Shown here: piece after piece, positions 1 through 12,195 of the stretch
Layout of the letters: each line of letters starts with the position of its first letter
How positions within the stretch are numbered: the first letter of the stretch is position 1
Origin: Octopus bimaculoides
Taxonomy: Eukaryota
DNA: 64,000 nt
Direction of reading: 5' to 3'
NCBI RefSeq assembly: GCF_001194135.2
Contig: NC_068985.1
Span: forward strand, 11,486,698 to 11,550,697
Program-made: the position numbers and the translations under genes
Notes under the pieces: generated by a model
Database searches by the model: none
Seen by the model: only the letters and a program-made list of their open reading frames with translations
What the model was told of the DNA's origin: nothing

Positions 1-128
1 TGAAGCTCCACGAAGTTCCGGCAGGTAGGGGTGGTGAACCCTGATGTACTCTTTCACCACAACTTCCTCTCACTCTTTCTTCCTATGTCTGTTGTACCTG
101 CATTTCAATGGGCCAACGTGTCACACTC
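1..128 (+). mobile_element. Internal fragment of SINE family C
   Basis: Colinear with the middle of the full copy at 9469-9853 (ggtggtgaaccctgNtgtactctttcaccacaact...gtcacact). Confidence 0.75.
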
Positions 129-139
129 TATTTCATGTG

Positions 140-350
140 TGTGTGTGTATATATCTTCTTGTCTGTATTTGTCCCCCCAACATCACTTTACAACCGATGC
201 TGGTGCGTTTACGTCGGCGTAACTTAACGGTTCGGCAAAAGAGATAGAATAAGTACTAGACTTACAAATAATAAGACTTGGGGTAGATTAGTCAGACAAC
301 AAGGCGGTGCTCTAGCATCGCCACAGTCAAATGACTGAAACAACTAAACG
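140..350 (+). mobile_element. 3' half of SINE family A
   Basis: Matches family A downstream of its internal microsatellite (caaccgatgctggtg...cggttcggcaaaagag...gaataagtactag...gactgaaac). Confidence 0.85.
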
Positions 351-387
351 AATATATATATTATATATACATCTCTCTCTCCCTCTC

Positions 388-457
<70 letters not shown>

Positions 458-690
458 ACACAAGAGTGACATATATGATAGTCTGGCACGGATGTCTCTC
501 GTTGTCATTGCGAACATCTCTTACACCTTTAACAATCCTAACTTCTGATCTTCTCTACGAAAGCTAGGACCACATTCCCCAAGTAGTCCTCTTTTATGGT
601 GGATGGGTAAAAATCAAAATATATTTTGCTTTTATTTCTAGCAAGTAAAATATTTCGATATTGAATTCCCCATCTTTCTTGATCTGACAG

Positions 691-743
691 GTTTCAACAT
701 TCGGCGTGTATATTTTGACATTAAAAAAGCAGAAGAACAGTAA
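691..743 (+). CDS. Candidate terminal coding exon, (G)FNIRRVYFDIKKAEEQ*
   Basis: Acceptor ccccatctttcttgatctgacag|G; phase-1 frame open to TAA at 741-743 in unique sequence. No protein recognised. Confidence 0.35.
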
Positions 744-908
744 AATGTGTAATTTTATAAGCCGCTCTCGGTGTCTATATCTGTCAAAATGTCACCAGCT
801 CATTCCTTTTTAATAGCTTTCAATTAATATCATCCACCAATTAGTATGTATTGAAAAGAACGCGTTCGTAGACGATAGAGTGTATATGTGTATATATATG
901 CATGCAAA

Positions 909-950
<42 letters not shown>

Positions 951-1141
951 NNNNNNNNNNATCTATATACAATATGTATATATATGTGTGTATATATATG
1001 TTTATTATATATATATATATATATATGATACACACATAACATGAGCACCACTCTCAGACGCACACATATAATTATATCATGGCTATGTTGAAAAGTGTAA
1101 GTGTTTGTATACTTTGATACATATAAGTATATATAGACATG

Positions 1142-1187
<46 letters not shown>

Positions 1188-1228
1188 TATATATATATAT
1201 ATACACACACACACACGTATATAAAGAC

Positions 1229-1263
<35 letters not shown>

Positions 1264-1562
1264 TATAAGGAGAAGCCGGGCATCGATCCCTGTATCCCTT
1301 GCACACCATCTCAGCTAATTCGCCTTGAATGGTAGACGGCCCGCTATACATTAGAAGTACCATGATCGATACAAGGATTCGCCACAAGTTAATGTTTCTG
1401 TGCTTGTAATTTTACCCAAAATATATTGGTTGACCAAGACACTATCCCAATGTGGCGCACATTGTGATCTAACCGTACATTTAGCGAGCTTATCATCCAG
1501 GCATCCGTCCATCGATCCATTTATGAATCTCTCGCTCACTCTCTTCTCTAAGTATGTGTGTA

Positions 1563-1619
<57 letters not shown>

Positions 1620-1907
1620 NNNNNNNNNNNNNNNNNNNNNNNNNNNNNNNNNNNNNNNNNNNNNNNNNNNNNNNNNNNNNNNNNNNNNNNNNNNNNNNNN
1701 NNNNNNNNNNNNNNNNNNNNNNNNNNNNNNNNNNNNNNNNNNNNNNNNNNNNNNNNNNNNNNNNNNNNNNNNNNNNNNNNNNNNNNNNNNNNNNNNNNNN
1801 NNNNNNNNNNNNNNNNNNNNNNNNNNNNNNNNNNNNNNNNNNNNNNNNNNNNNNNNNNNNNNNNNNNNNNNNNNNNNNNNNNNNNNNNNNNNNNNNNNNN
1901 NNNNATA

Positions 1908-1949
<42 letters not shown>

Positions 1950-2422
1950 CATACACACACACATATTTATATATGGATAGACAGATAGATAACCCTCTGC
2001 GTATACATAAATACCGAAAGAGGACAAGTATACATGCAGTTTATGCAAGCTCATCACATCGTTCGAAGAAACTACTTTCTATAGCAGTTCTTTGACATTA
2101 ATTTGATTGTCCATCCCACGCTCTTAGATGTTGCTTAGCTCACAAACATGCCTGATTAACCATATCTACATTGAAAGCCATTCCGAGCATAACTACTCTT
2201 GCGCTTCTGTCATCATTTTACTTGTACTACATTAACTGATTACCCATTAATTCCTGTGGGATTTTAAGACGAATTTGCTGTTAAACTATAGCAGGCACTC
2301 TCCCTAACTTATTTGTTGCTGTGTAACCATAGACTTGACCTTCTGTGTCTTCCTTCTGCTTTACCTCAAAATCCAGCGAGTTGATCAGGTTGCTTCGTTC
2401 ATACAGTTTTGTTGGTTTTCAT

Positions 2423-2570
2423 TAAAGCAGCGAATTAGTAGAACTGTTAACGGCATTTCGTCTGACTTTATGCTCCGAGTTCAAATGCACCAAAGTCGAC
2501 TTTGCTTTTGATCCTTTCAGGGTCGATAAAATAAGTACCAGCTGAGTAATGGAATCAATATAATGAGCTT
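2423..2570 (+). mobile_element. Degenerate SINE family B copy
   Basis: B-box-like gagttcaaat and central gtcgactttgc...cctttcagggtcgataaaataagtaccag. Confidence 0.7.
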
Positions 2571-4289
2571 ACCTTCTCTTTCTTGCTAAAAAAATTGAAA
2601 CCAATATATCTCTGCGAATACTGAAATTTATTATTAAAGGCTCCAGATATAGTGCGTAAACAAATCGTGAGGTTGACATCTTTTCTATCTTTTGAAGCTA
2701 ACACTTGGTGCTACACTTGAGTCCGTTTGATATTTACACATCCCGTTGTGGCTTTGTTATAAGCAATGGTTTCGGTTTTCAAATATCATTCCAAATTTAA
2801 TCTTTCCAGTTTTGAGTGTCCCATATCTCGTGTTCGTTTCATTGAGCTACAGTATGTAATGTGTGTGTTTCATATTTTGTAATACATTGTACGATTTCAG
2901 CAAGATATTGGCTGCAATCTCTAGCAAATTAAGCAACAATATAGAGGTTTCCATCTTGGCTTATCGTTCAGTCTGTTGAACGAATAGACAATGCTATCAT
3001 AAGGAGACAGTAGAATCACGAAGCCTCTTCAACAACAGCAATAACTAATATAAATTACTTGAAGCGTCTTTAAAAGCTGTACATTGTTGAATGTAGCTGG
3101 AAGCATTCGTCAGAAAAAAAGTGGCCGGGTGTTCCCCGTTTGAAATCCTTTATCATAGATCTGTTCGGACGGGAATGACCTAGAGCTAGAAAGACAACAA
3201 AACCCACTTGGTAGCATAAATCAACGACATATGGTGCAAAGGTGACAAAACATGTAAGACAAGGATATGTAAATAAATTTCATTGGATGTTTTATTCTAT
3301 GAAAGTATATTTAATAAAGTAGCAATTACCTTAGACACCTAACACTATTTATGTTGAAATTCTAAGCTGTCTTTCTTTTCTTTATGTAGAACATTCCCTG
3401 CATTCTCGCTTTTGTTCTATGAAGTATACATACACCAACAGAGTAATAGCACCTACTTTTGCTGGAATTTTTGCTGAGGACTGCTTAGTTCAATTGCTGA
3501 ATTCCTGACCTTATTTCCGGGTTAATGTTTGTCCTATTAGATAATGTATTTTGTATAACTACTTCAGGTAAACGAAACACATCCAGCTGACAAAGAAAAC
3601 GACAGGTGGTGAATGACAAATAATAATGATAGAGTATACGATTATTATGTTGGTGGTTATGGTTATGATAATAAATATACATGATAGGTACACAAATATT
3701 TCGAGAAATTTATCCATCTGTTAAATCGATCCAAATATAATTACTGGTATATAATTTACGGACTGCCGTGCGAAATAAATTTGTTTAGAAATGAAACAAG
3801 GTTATGAAGGCAATATCTCAATGGTTTTGAAAAGAAACAATTATGACGACAGCATATGCACGGAATGTCTGTTTTGCATTGTTACAGTTGCATTCATATG
3901 CTGTCATATAAATATATCAAATTGTTTTGAATGGTTACTATGATAAAAGAAAACAAAAACATACAAAAAAAAGAGAGAGAAAGAGAAAGAAGGATAAAGA
4001 AAAGTATTACATGCACATATAGACATAATTTTTATTGGTTCATGCGCATTAGCATTTCTCTATTCCATTCAGATTTTACTACCTGGTCAAATTATATTAT
4101 CTACAATTACGGCTGATCAAAATTTTCATCCAACTTGCACAAGACACTGGAGCACAGCAAAAACTGATTGCTTGACAAAGAACTGTTGATCACATATATG
4201 CTATGAACATTTTTCTGCATTGACATTAGTTTGAATGAACACTTTTCAATCATTTCTCTCCTATTTGCCATGAAACCGTCTCAATTCAC

Positions 4290-4434
4290 GGAAGAGGGTA
4301 TTTTCAAGTTAAAGAAAAGATGGAGACGCATTGTGCAACAAAATGGTTCATATTTGGTTGATTAAAAATGTAATGGTAAGTATTTAGTGACCTTTATCTT
4401 TCCTTTAAAAATCGGCACGAACTTTCCGGACAAC

Positions 4435-4438
<4 letters not shown>
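4290..4438 (+). mobile_element. Mariner transposon 3' end (transposase C-terminus plus right TIR)
   Basis: Translates EEGIFKLKKRWRRIVQQNGSYLVD*, matching the mariner C-terminal GI-x-KL-x-x-RW-x-x-x-x-x-x-NG-x-Y pattern; followed by TIR-like aaatcggcacgaactttccggacaacccaa and TA. Confidence 0.85.
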
Positions 4439-4479
<41 letters not shown>

Positions 4480-4499
4480 TTCGCCATGCTGGACCTCTG

Positions 4500-4675
4500 A
4501 AATCTACAATATATTTTCACTCTCTCTCTCTTTCTCTCTCTCTGTTTATTTTCTCTTATTCCTTTCTGTTGAAACGTAACAGACATTTTCCTTTTTCTAG
4601 AGCATCAATCTAATTCACTTCCTTGTTGTTCATACACCTGTCTTCGTCTTCTGTTTTTCTATAAATTTCAACTAT
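4500..4675 (+). mobile_element. PLE-like short element P2, degenerate with internal deletion
   Basis: Shares cctttctgttgaa/acgta...acacctgtcttcgtctt with the 6926-7106 copy; flanked by (TA)n. Confidence 0.65.
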
Positions 4676-5522
4676 ATATATATATATTTCTGTTATATTT
4701 TCAACCTCTGTTTTTTTATAGAGGGGAGCTACTGTACCAAGACTCGAAATGGAATCGAGTCGTCAATTTGCGGAGTTAAATTCACACCATAGCAACAGGA
4801 AATCCATGTGAGAGGCCGAGTTATGGTCCATTCGGCATTTAGACATCATGTAATAGATTATTATAGATCTTTCTGGAACGTCCATGTACTATGGTTATAA
4901 GTAGGCATGTTTTTAGTGCCAACATCATAGAGTCGTACACGTTAGGGTGAAACGCCGTGTCCATTCTTACGACCTTGCACATGGATCAGACTATTCATTG
5001 ACTCGTTGCTTTAAACATTAGTTTTTATGATTATGACTGAATCTAGCAGACAGTAGACATAGTTCTATGACATGAACCTAGCTTGTATATTTTTTCCTAT
5101 CTTGGCAGCTTAATTATAGAGCTTGCTTAATCAGCTATTTGTGAAAGCCACACAATTATTCTTTCCAGTGTGTCGACGTTACTGATGCAAGTTCTAAATT
5201 ATAATCAATATGAAAATTTACTTCTTTAGTTTAATATAAGATACTGTTAATTGTTCGCGTGATCTTGCATCATCATTTACACACAGCTTCACACAAACGT
5301 CCTTGTGACATAGACACACACACATGAAATGATGGAGAAGTATTTACTAAATTTAAAGGATTCCTAAGAAAGGGATTTGTGATAAACACGAAAACTTACT
5401 GATGCCAAACATTGTAAACTTAGAAACATTTTCAGCTCCCAGGTTTGCCAAAAGATTCTAATACGCCCGAATAGAACTGTTGTTTAATAATGGAACGTGT
5501 ATTGCATTACTGTGCTCTAATT

Positions 5523-5756
5523 AAGGCGGCGAGCTGGCAGAAATGTTAGCACGCCGAGCGAAATGCTTAGCGGTTTTTCGTTTGCCGTTACGTTCTGTGT
5601 TCAAATTCCACCAAGCTTGACTTTGCCTTTCATCCTTTCGGAGTCAATAAATTAAGTACCAGTTACACACTGGAATAGATGAAATCGACTTAATCCCGTT
5701 GTCTGTCCTTGTTTGTCCCCTATATGTTTAGCCCCTTGTGGGCAATAAAGAAATAA
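5523..5756 (+). mobile_element. tRNA-derived SINE family B, full length
   Basis: A-box-like agctggcagaa, B-box-like gttcaaattcc, central ctttgcctttcatcctttcggagtcaataaattaagtaccag (resembles the MESC/Meta-type SINE domain; inference), tail gccccttgtgggcaataaagaaata. Confidence 0.9.
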
Positions 5757-6065
5757 GAAACGTTAGCAAGTCGGGCGAAATACTTAGCGGTATTTCGGAC
5801 CTTGTGAAGAGAATATATATGTGTGGTTGCGCAATGCTCCAGTGGTTAGGGTAGCGGACACGCGGTCGTTGGATCGTGGTTTCGATTCCAGGCCGGAATT
5901 TCGTCTGACTTTATGTTCTCAGTTCAAATTCCTTCGAGTTCGACTTTGTCTCTCATCCTTTCGGGGTCGGTAAATTACGTACCAGTTGCGTACGGGGGTA
6001 GAACTAATCGACTGGCTCCCCTCCCTCAAAATTTCGGGACTTGTGCTTAGGGTAGAAAAGAGTAT
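5757..6065 (+). mobile_element. Family B-related SINE interrupted by a 100-bp insertion (5798-5897)
   Basis: B sequence stops at cggtatttcg (5797) and resumes at atttcgtctgac (5898); the insert contains a family C tRNA-like head. Confidence 0.8.
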
Positions 6066-6214
6066 TGTGTTTTTATTACAATTGTGTCTAGTATTCATGC
6101 TTTGCGTGATGATGTAATTTATGTTTGCTGTTATTAGTGATTGCGGTTTTGTGGATTTTAATACAAGTGTAAATGGAGCACTCCGTCGGAAAAGGTGAAA
6201 GAAGAAAAAAAAAA

Positions 6215-6410
6215 CAACATAATAATAATAACATCGAAAAATATCTTAGGAATGAGAACCTAGGTTCGTAACTCCCCCAAAGCACCTGATGAAGGAGGGT
6301 ATATCGGCCGAAAGGTTTTGTTAACAACAAACAAGATGAGGACAAATATCAGTCAAATATAAATAATGTAAATAATGTACATAATTCCTCATCTCTAAAA
6401 TATAGAACTG
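6215..6410 (+). mobile_element. 5'-truncated P1 element (PLE-type tail)
   Basis: (AAT)n then cacctgatgaagg...ggccgaaa...acaagatgaggacaaatatc...aatatagaactg, as in 31440-31728. Confidence 0.85.
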
Positions 6411-6548
6411 TTCAACAAACTATATAAACACTCACCACTCTAGACTTTCATATAATCATTCGTAATCGCTCACGTTTTACTCTCATGCATATGTATACGC
6501 TTGTGAGATTTTGTATACGCAAATGTGTACGTGCATATGTATAATGCA

Positions 6549-6658
<110 letters not shown>

Positions 6659-6925
6659 CGGCAAGAAGAAAATGGAGGGGATACAGAGATAATATGCATC
6701 AACTGTTAGATATTTCATTATGTCTGTTTATATATTTTAAACAATTATGAGAATATATATACATATGTAAAGATTGTGTATTACTTAAGTACCAGTAATT
6801 CCTAGAATTGATAAAGGAAAAGAACAGTTTCTACCAGCAGTATCTTGGATAGATACTATCCCTTAGTTGGTTGGATTCACAGCCTCTAACTCTCTTTGAA
6901 TATATATATATATATATATATATAT

Positions 6926-7106
6926 GATAGATCGCTAACCACTACACAGATTTTTTTTCTCTGCTTGTTTCTTTCTGTGTTCCTTTCTGTGGAAGAGCGT
7001 AGGCTCGAAACGTTAAAGACTTTTTCAATTCTCGAGCATTATACTTATACATCTGTTTGTTTTCTACACTACCTGTCTTCGTCTTTTGTTTTTTGTGAAT
7101 TCTCCC
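6926..7106 (+). mobile_element. PLE-like short element P2 inside a (TA)n array
   Basis: gatagatcgctaaccactacac...ctgtggaagagcgtaggctcgaaacgtt...gtgaattctccc, bounded by (TA)n on both sides; related copies at about 4500, 26239 and 42061. Confidence 0.85.
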
Positions 7107-7440
7107 TATATANNNNNNNNNNNNNNNNNNNNNNNNNNNNNNNNNNNNNNNNNNNNNNNNNNNNNNNNNNNNNNNNNNNNNNNNNNNNNNNNNNNNNNNN
7201 NNNNNNNNNNNNNNNNNNNNNNNNNNNNNNNNNNNNNNNNNNNNNNNNNNNNNNNNNNNNNNNNNNNNNNNNNNNNNNNNNNNNNNNNNNNNNNNNNNNN
7301 NNNNNNNNNNNNNNNNNNNNNNNNNNNNNNNNNNNNNNNNNNNNNNNNNNNNNNNNNNNNNNNNNNNNNNNNNNNNNNNNNNNNNNNNNNNNNNNNNNNN
7401 NNNNNTATATATATATATATAGATAGATAGATATTTGTGT

Positions 7441-7489
<49 letters not shown>

Positions 7490-8096
7490 TGTGCAGGGGA
7501 GTGTGTATTTTCGTGTATATAAAACAAAGTGAATATTGTTCGCGCTACAGTTTATAGACTGCGTATGCATACATATATTTAATTAAACAGAAATCAGATT
7601 TTCAAGCAGTTATTTTTCTTTATGACATTGGTTGATGGCTTTGTCAATCTCATTGTTTTAGGTCAATCCGTGTGTATGTGTTTATGTCTATGTATGAGCC
7701 TATTGTGTGTGTGTGAGTGTATGTATATCTGTGCGTGTGTATATGCAAAGAAACAGATAGAGCTTGAAAGTAATAGGCTAACACTTACACACACGAGAAT
7801 CATTTTAATAGTTGACCTTAGTTGACCTTTAGTCCGAAAGAACATGGATTTGCGCTTCGTTGCTTTCATCCCTAGCTACGTAGACATATTCCTTGATCTA
7901 TATCCAATCTTTAAGTGGGTTCGACTATCATACACGCTGAACCAAGTCTAGGTGTCGGAGTATATTACTTAATTGTAAATGGGTTTCTACAATAGTTGAC
8001 CTTTCGCTTTTGCTTCTCTTTCAATAATGCGTCTGACCTGCCTGTGATAATTGGCCGTTATCCATAGAATATATACTCAAATGACAAATATATATA

Positions 8097-8375
8097 GCCG
8101 CAGGAGTGGCTGTGTGGTAAATAGCTTGCTTACCAACCACATGGTTCGTGGTTCAGTCCTACTGCGTGGCGCCTTGGGCAAGTGTCTTCTACTATAGCAT
8201 CGGGCCGACCAAAACCTTGTGAGTGGATTTGGTAGAGGGAAGCTTACAGAAGCCTGTCGTATATATATGTATATACATGTGTGTGTGTGTCTGTGTTTGT
8301 CCCCCCAACATCGCTCGACAAACGATGCTGGTGTGTTTACAGCTCTGTAACTTAGCGGTTCGGCAACAGATAGAC
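8097..8375 (+). mobile_element. tRNA-derived SINE family A, 3'-truncated
   Basis: Head gcaggagtggctgtgtggtaa, B-box-like ggttcagtcc, ccttgggcaagtgtctt core, internal TA/TG tract. Confidence 0.9.
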
Positions 8376-8532
8376 TTTCCCGCCCATAGGCAGATCCCCA
8401 AAACCTGTTGGCCCATGACCTATTAAAAGATATGGAGTGACAGGTGTATGGGATTTGATGATAGGGCTTAAATCTAAAGCCTCTGTGGACGGGAAACCAA
8501 AAGTAATCCCATAAAAACCGGCCTTCCCCATT

Positions 8533-8577
<45 letters not shown>

Positions 8578-8821
8578 NNNNNNNNNNNNNNNNNNNNNNN
8601 NNNNNNNNNNNNNNNNNNNNNNNNNNNNNNNNNNNNNNNNNNNNNNNNNNNNNNNNNNNNNNNNNNNNNNNNNNNNNNNNNNNNNNNNNNNNNNNNNNNN
8701 NNNNNNNNNNNNNNNNNNNNNNNNNNNNNNNNNNNNNNNNNNNNNNNNNNNNNNNNNNNNNNNNNNNNNNNNNNNNNNNNNNNNNNNNNNNNNNNNNNAC
8801 ACACACACACACACACACATA

Positions 8822-9062
8822 TTGAGTTGGTGCATAATTATTGTGGCTCTTTTTCAACAAATTTTATTCAACAAAAACAATAACGACATGTAACAAAAAA
8901 CATGTTTAAATGATCATTCCGGAGCATATTCACCATCTATTTCACTTACTACTTCCCATGACGACCAAACCGTTATTTACAGATATTTTGTTAAATATTG
9001 TTAATCTTTTTGTTGAATAAAATTTGTTGAAAAAAAGCCACAATAATTATGCACCAACCCAA
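8822..9062. mobile_element. Mariner-type MITE, 241 bp
   Basis: 56-bp TIRs (8822-8877 and 9007-9062; TTGAGTTGGTGCATAATTATTGTGGCT...) with 2 mismatches; TA on both flanks. Confidence 0.92.
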
Positions 9063-9468
9063 TATACAGACATGCGCCATCTCACCACCACATAAATGCA
9101 CAAATATGATATATTGGAGAAATTGTTACTGTTTTTGTTGAATTAATGCCGACTCTGACAGAACAGTCCTACGTCCAAAGCTACGCTACCTGTGTACAGA
9201 ATATTTTTCATCTCTTGCTTCGAGGAATCATCTACGAACAGTGTATCGTTTTGATTTCGGTTGTTATTTGATAGAATGTCCAGTGAGAATATACTAATGG
9301 AAAGTAAATTTCACTGTATGCAAGGGAGAATTGGGGACACATACACACACATACACATAAGCTCACACACGTACATTTACCAAGCAATGTTCAAATATTC
9401 ATTTCGACAAACAGCTGTGTTCACTAATTTCATTATTCCTTTCGACACAGTATATTTACCAGGACGTC

Positions 9469-9853
9469 GACGCGCAATGGCCCATTGGTTAGGGCAGCGG
9501 ACTCGCGGTCATAGGATCGCGGTTTCGATTCCCAGACCGGGCGTTGTGAGTGTTTATTGAGCAAGAACACCTAAAGCCCCACGACGCTCCGACAGGGGAT
9601 GGTGGTGAACCCTGCTGTACTCTTTCACCACAACTTTCTCTCACTCTTTCTTCTTGTTTCTGTTGTACCTGTATTTCAAAGGGCCAGCCTTGTCACACTG
9701 TGTCACGCTGAATATCCCCGAGAACTACATTAAGGGTACACGTGTCTGTGGAGTGCTCAGCCACTTGCACGTTAATTTCACGAGCAGGCTGTTACGTTGA
9801 TCGGATCAACTGGAACCCTCGACGTCGTAACCGACGGAATGCTAACAACGACA
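9469..9853 (+). mobile_element. tRNA-derived SINE family C, full length with TSD
   Basis: A box tggcccattgg, B box ggtttcgattccc, (AAC)-like tail; 14-bp TSD atttaccaggacgt (9454-9467) / atttatcaggacgt (9858-9871). Confidence 0.92.
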
Positions 9854-10374
9854 AAAAATTTATCAGGACGTTTTTAGTAGACGTTTAGACGTTACATCAC
9901 AAACATTGATTTTTGTTTTTAAATTTTACATTTCTTTGCCATGATTTAATACTTAAGATATTGCTTTCACAATATGTTTGGTTAAAAGTCTAAAACAATG
10001 GGAAATTGGGACAAATGCATTCAACCGTGTCACTGAAACAAATCTAGGAAGAGAAAGTCAAACCTGATGATATTAACATTAATATGTCATAGATATCTAT
10101 TTGAGATAAGTGAGCACAACTGCAAACAAACCTCTAAAATTGCCTGGGCATTATATAAAAAGATATCTTATACTGGAGTGATACGAATATAATCTAAACG
10201 CAAACAGAAAAGAAAATTATATAAATATTTGGAATAATTATAGGCAGACGATTAGGAGAGAATCTTCAGGAACTGACACAGTATGCTGAGAAATTTATTT
10301 CCGCGTCTATATGTTTAGTGGTAATGGCGAAGTTTTATGACGAGATTTAAAGGACTGAAAACAGATACTTTTCT

Positions 10375-10640
10375 CTACGTCCAAGCTCCATTTTTCAAGT
10401 TCCATTTGAAAATGAAAGTCAGGGCGGAGAGAGAATTCTTCCCCCACTCCCCGTTCCCCAGTATTTTTGTTGAAAGGTGGGTGAATGGGGCGACGATGGC
10501 CGGTGTGAATGGGCCGACTCTGAACTTCCGCTTGTAAACCGGTGGAGATGAGAAGGAGAGAGGCGCTTGCTGAAATGCAACGCGCGGTCGGGATAACCAG
10601 GATGTGTGGTGTACCTCGGTTGTCCCTGTAGGGAACACCC
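10375..10640. other. GC/CpG-rich unique island: minus-strand terminal exon or promoter-like region
   Basis: Much higher GC than its flanks; minus-strand acceptor gttccctacag|G at 10625 with all three frames open for 68 codons or more; also GGGCGG (10422) and ACTTCCG (10524). Confidence 0.3.
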
Positions 10641-10849
10641 GATATTTTGGGAATTTTATTTTGTAAATCGTCATTGTTGTTTTACTGTTTGCTCGATTTT
10701 TGCATTAAACCTCACGTGTTCCGACTTTGGGATCGTCCGTATTATTTTCCTTAAGGCACTTGAGGTCAATAAAGAAACGATTGTTATTATTATTATTATT
10801 GTTTATTACAGACCTACCTATTCAGACGTACTTACGAGTATCCTTTTCT

Positions 10850-11045
10850 TCGTCTATTCTTTTATTTGCTTCAGGCATTTGACTGCGGCCATGATGGAGC
10901 ACCACCTTTTAGTCGAACAAATCGACACCAGGACTTATTTTTATAAGCCTAGTAATTAGATTACGGGGACGTAAGCACACCAACATTGGTTGTCAAGCGA
11001 TGGTGCGGTGGGGGAGACAAACACAGATACACAAATAGATACATA
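10850..11045 (-). mobile_element. 3' part of SINE family A with internal deletion
   Basis: Reverse complement of the A tail (catttgactgcggccatgatggagcacc...ggggacgtaagcacacc...gacaaacacaga). Confidence 0.8.
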
Positions 11046-12024
11046 CACGCGCGCACACACACACACACACNNNNNNNNNNNNNNNNNNNNNNNNNNNNNN
11101 NNNNNNNNNNNNNNNNNNNNNNNNNNNNNNNNNNNNNNNNNNNNNNNNNNNNNNNNNNNNNNNNNNNNNNTATACATACGCATACATATGTGTGCTCGTG
11201 TGAATGAATATATTCTTTCATACACACATTCACATACACACACACACATTCTTAAAGAAACTAAACACAGGGAATTATTTTAATAGACATCATTTTAGTT
11301 TTCATCAAATTACCAGCGATCAGTCGACAACGGTAACCCAGTAGAGTTCATGGTGTGTGTCCGCATGTTGAAGAGACGTTTGACAGGAACATAAATAATA
11401 TTTCAACGTTATCGAGAAAAGAGAAAAAAACAACAACAGCAGCAACAACAACAACAACAAAACATCTATTTTATTATCATTGTTTCGATATATAACATTA
11501 CATTGTAATATTACACATCTTCCTTATTCAAAAGCTAAACTATCTAGGGACAGGAATGAATTACAACAATATAAAGATATGTAATAAACGTTTTGGCGAC
11601 AAAATTTAGCTCAAGGTATCTAGTAACAACACGTTAGTGTTGTGGATCTCATAAATGACTCATGATAAACATCCAGACAGACGAGGACCGAGCAATCATA
11701 TTTATTAAGATAATCAAATATTCAATAAACTAACAAATAAAATGTGTTGTTTGTGTTTATGAATGTTAATAATGTCATTGCCGTTGACTTTATGTGTCAC
11801 GATAATGTAAACTGGTGTATTTTGATATCAATTCTTTATTCTCTCTCTCTCTCACTTCTATTGCTCTGTCTCACGCACGTTGTATTTTTCAGTCCTCTAC
11901 ATACACCTCACTCCTACCCATATAGGATTGATATACATACATAACAAAACATGAGACATAATATGATATATATATATATATATATATATATGTAAGTATG
12001 TATGTATGTATGTATGTATATATA

Positions 12025-12148
12025 GGTGCAGGCGTAGCTGTATGGAAAGAAGCTTGCTTCCCAACAGCATGGTTCTGGGTTCAGGACCACTGTGTGGCAC
12101 CTTGAGCAAGTGTCTTCTACTATAGCCTCGGGCGACCAAAGAAGCCCG

Positions 12149-12195
<47 letters not shown>

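Noticed and set aside
1262-1387. Signal-peptide-like MWRILVSIMVLLMYSG ORF (minus)
   Set aside because: Starts at a non-ATG codon and runs into a microsatellite.
830-2095. Long poly-IY/VC/HT and X-filled ORFs here and throughout the ORF track
   Set aside because: They are translations of dinucleotide microsatellites and N gaps.
3568-3605. Exon VNETHPADKENDR
   Set aside because: ttcag|gtaaac reads equally as a donor, and the downstream donor gtggtg is poor.
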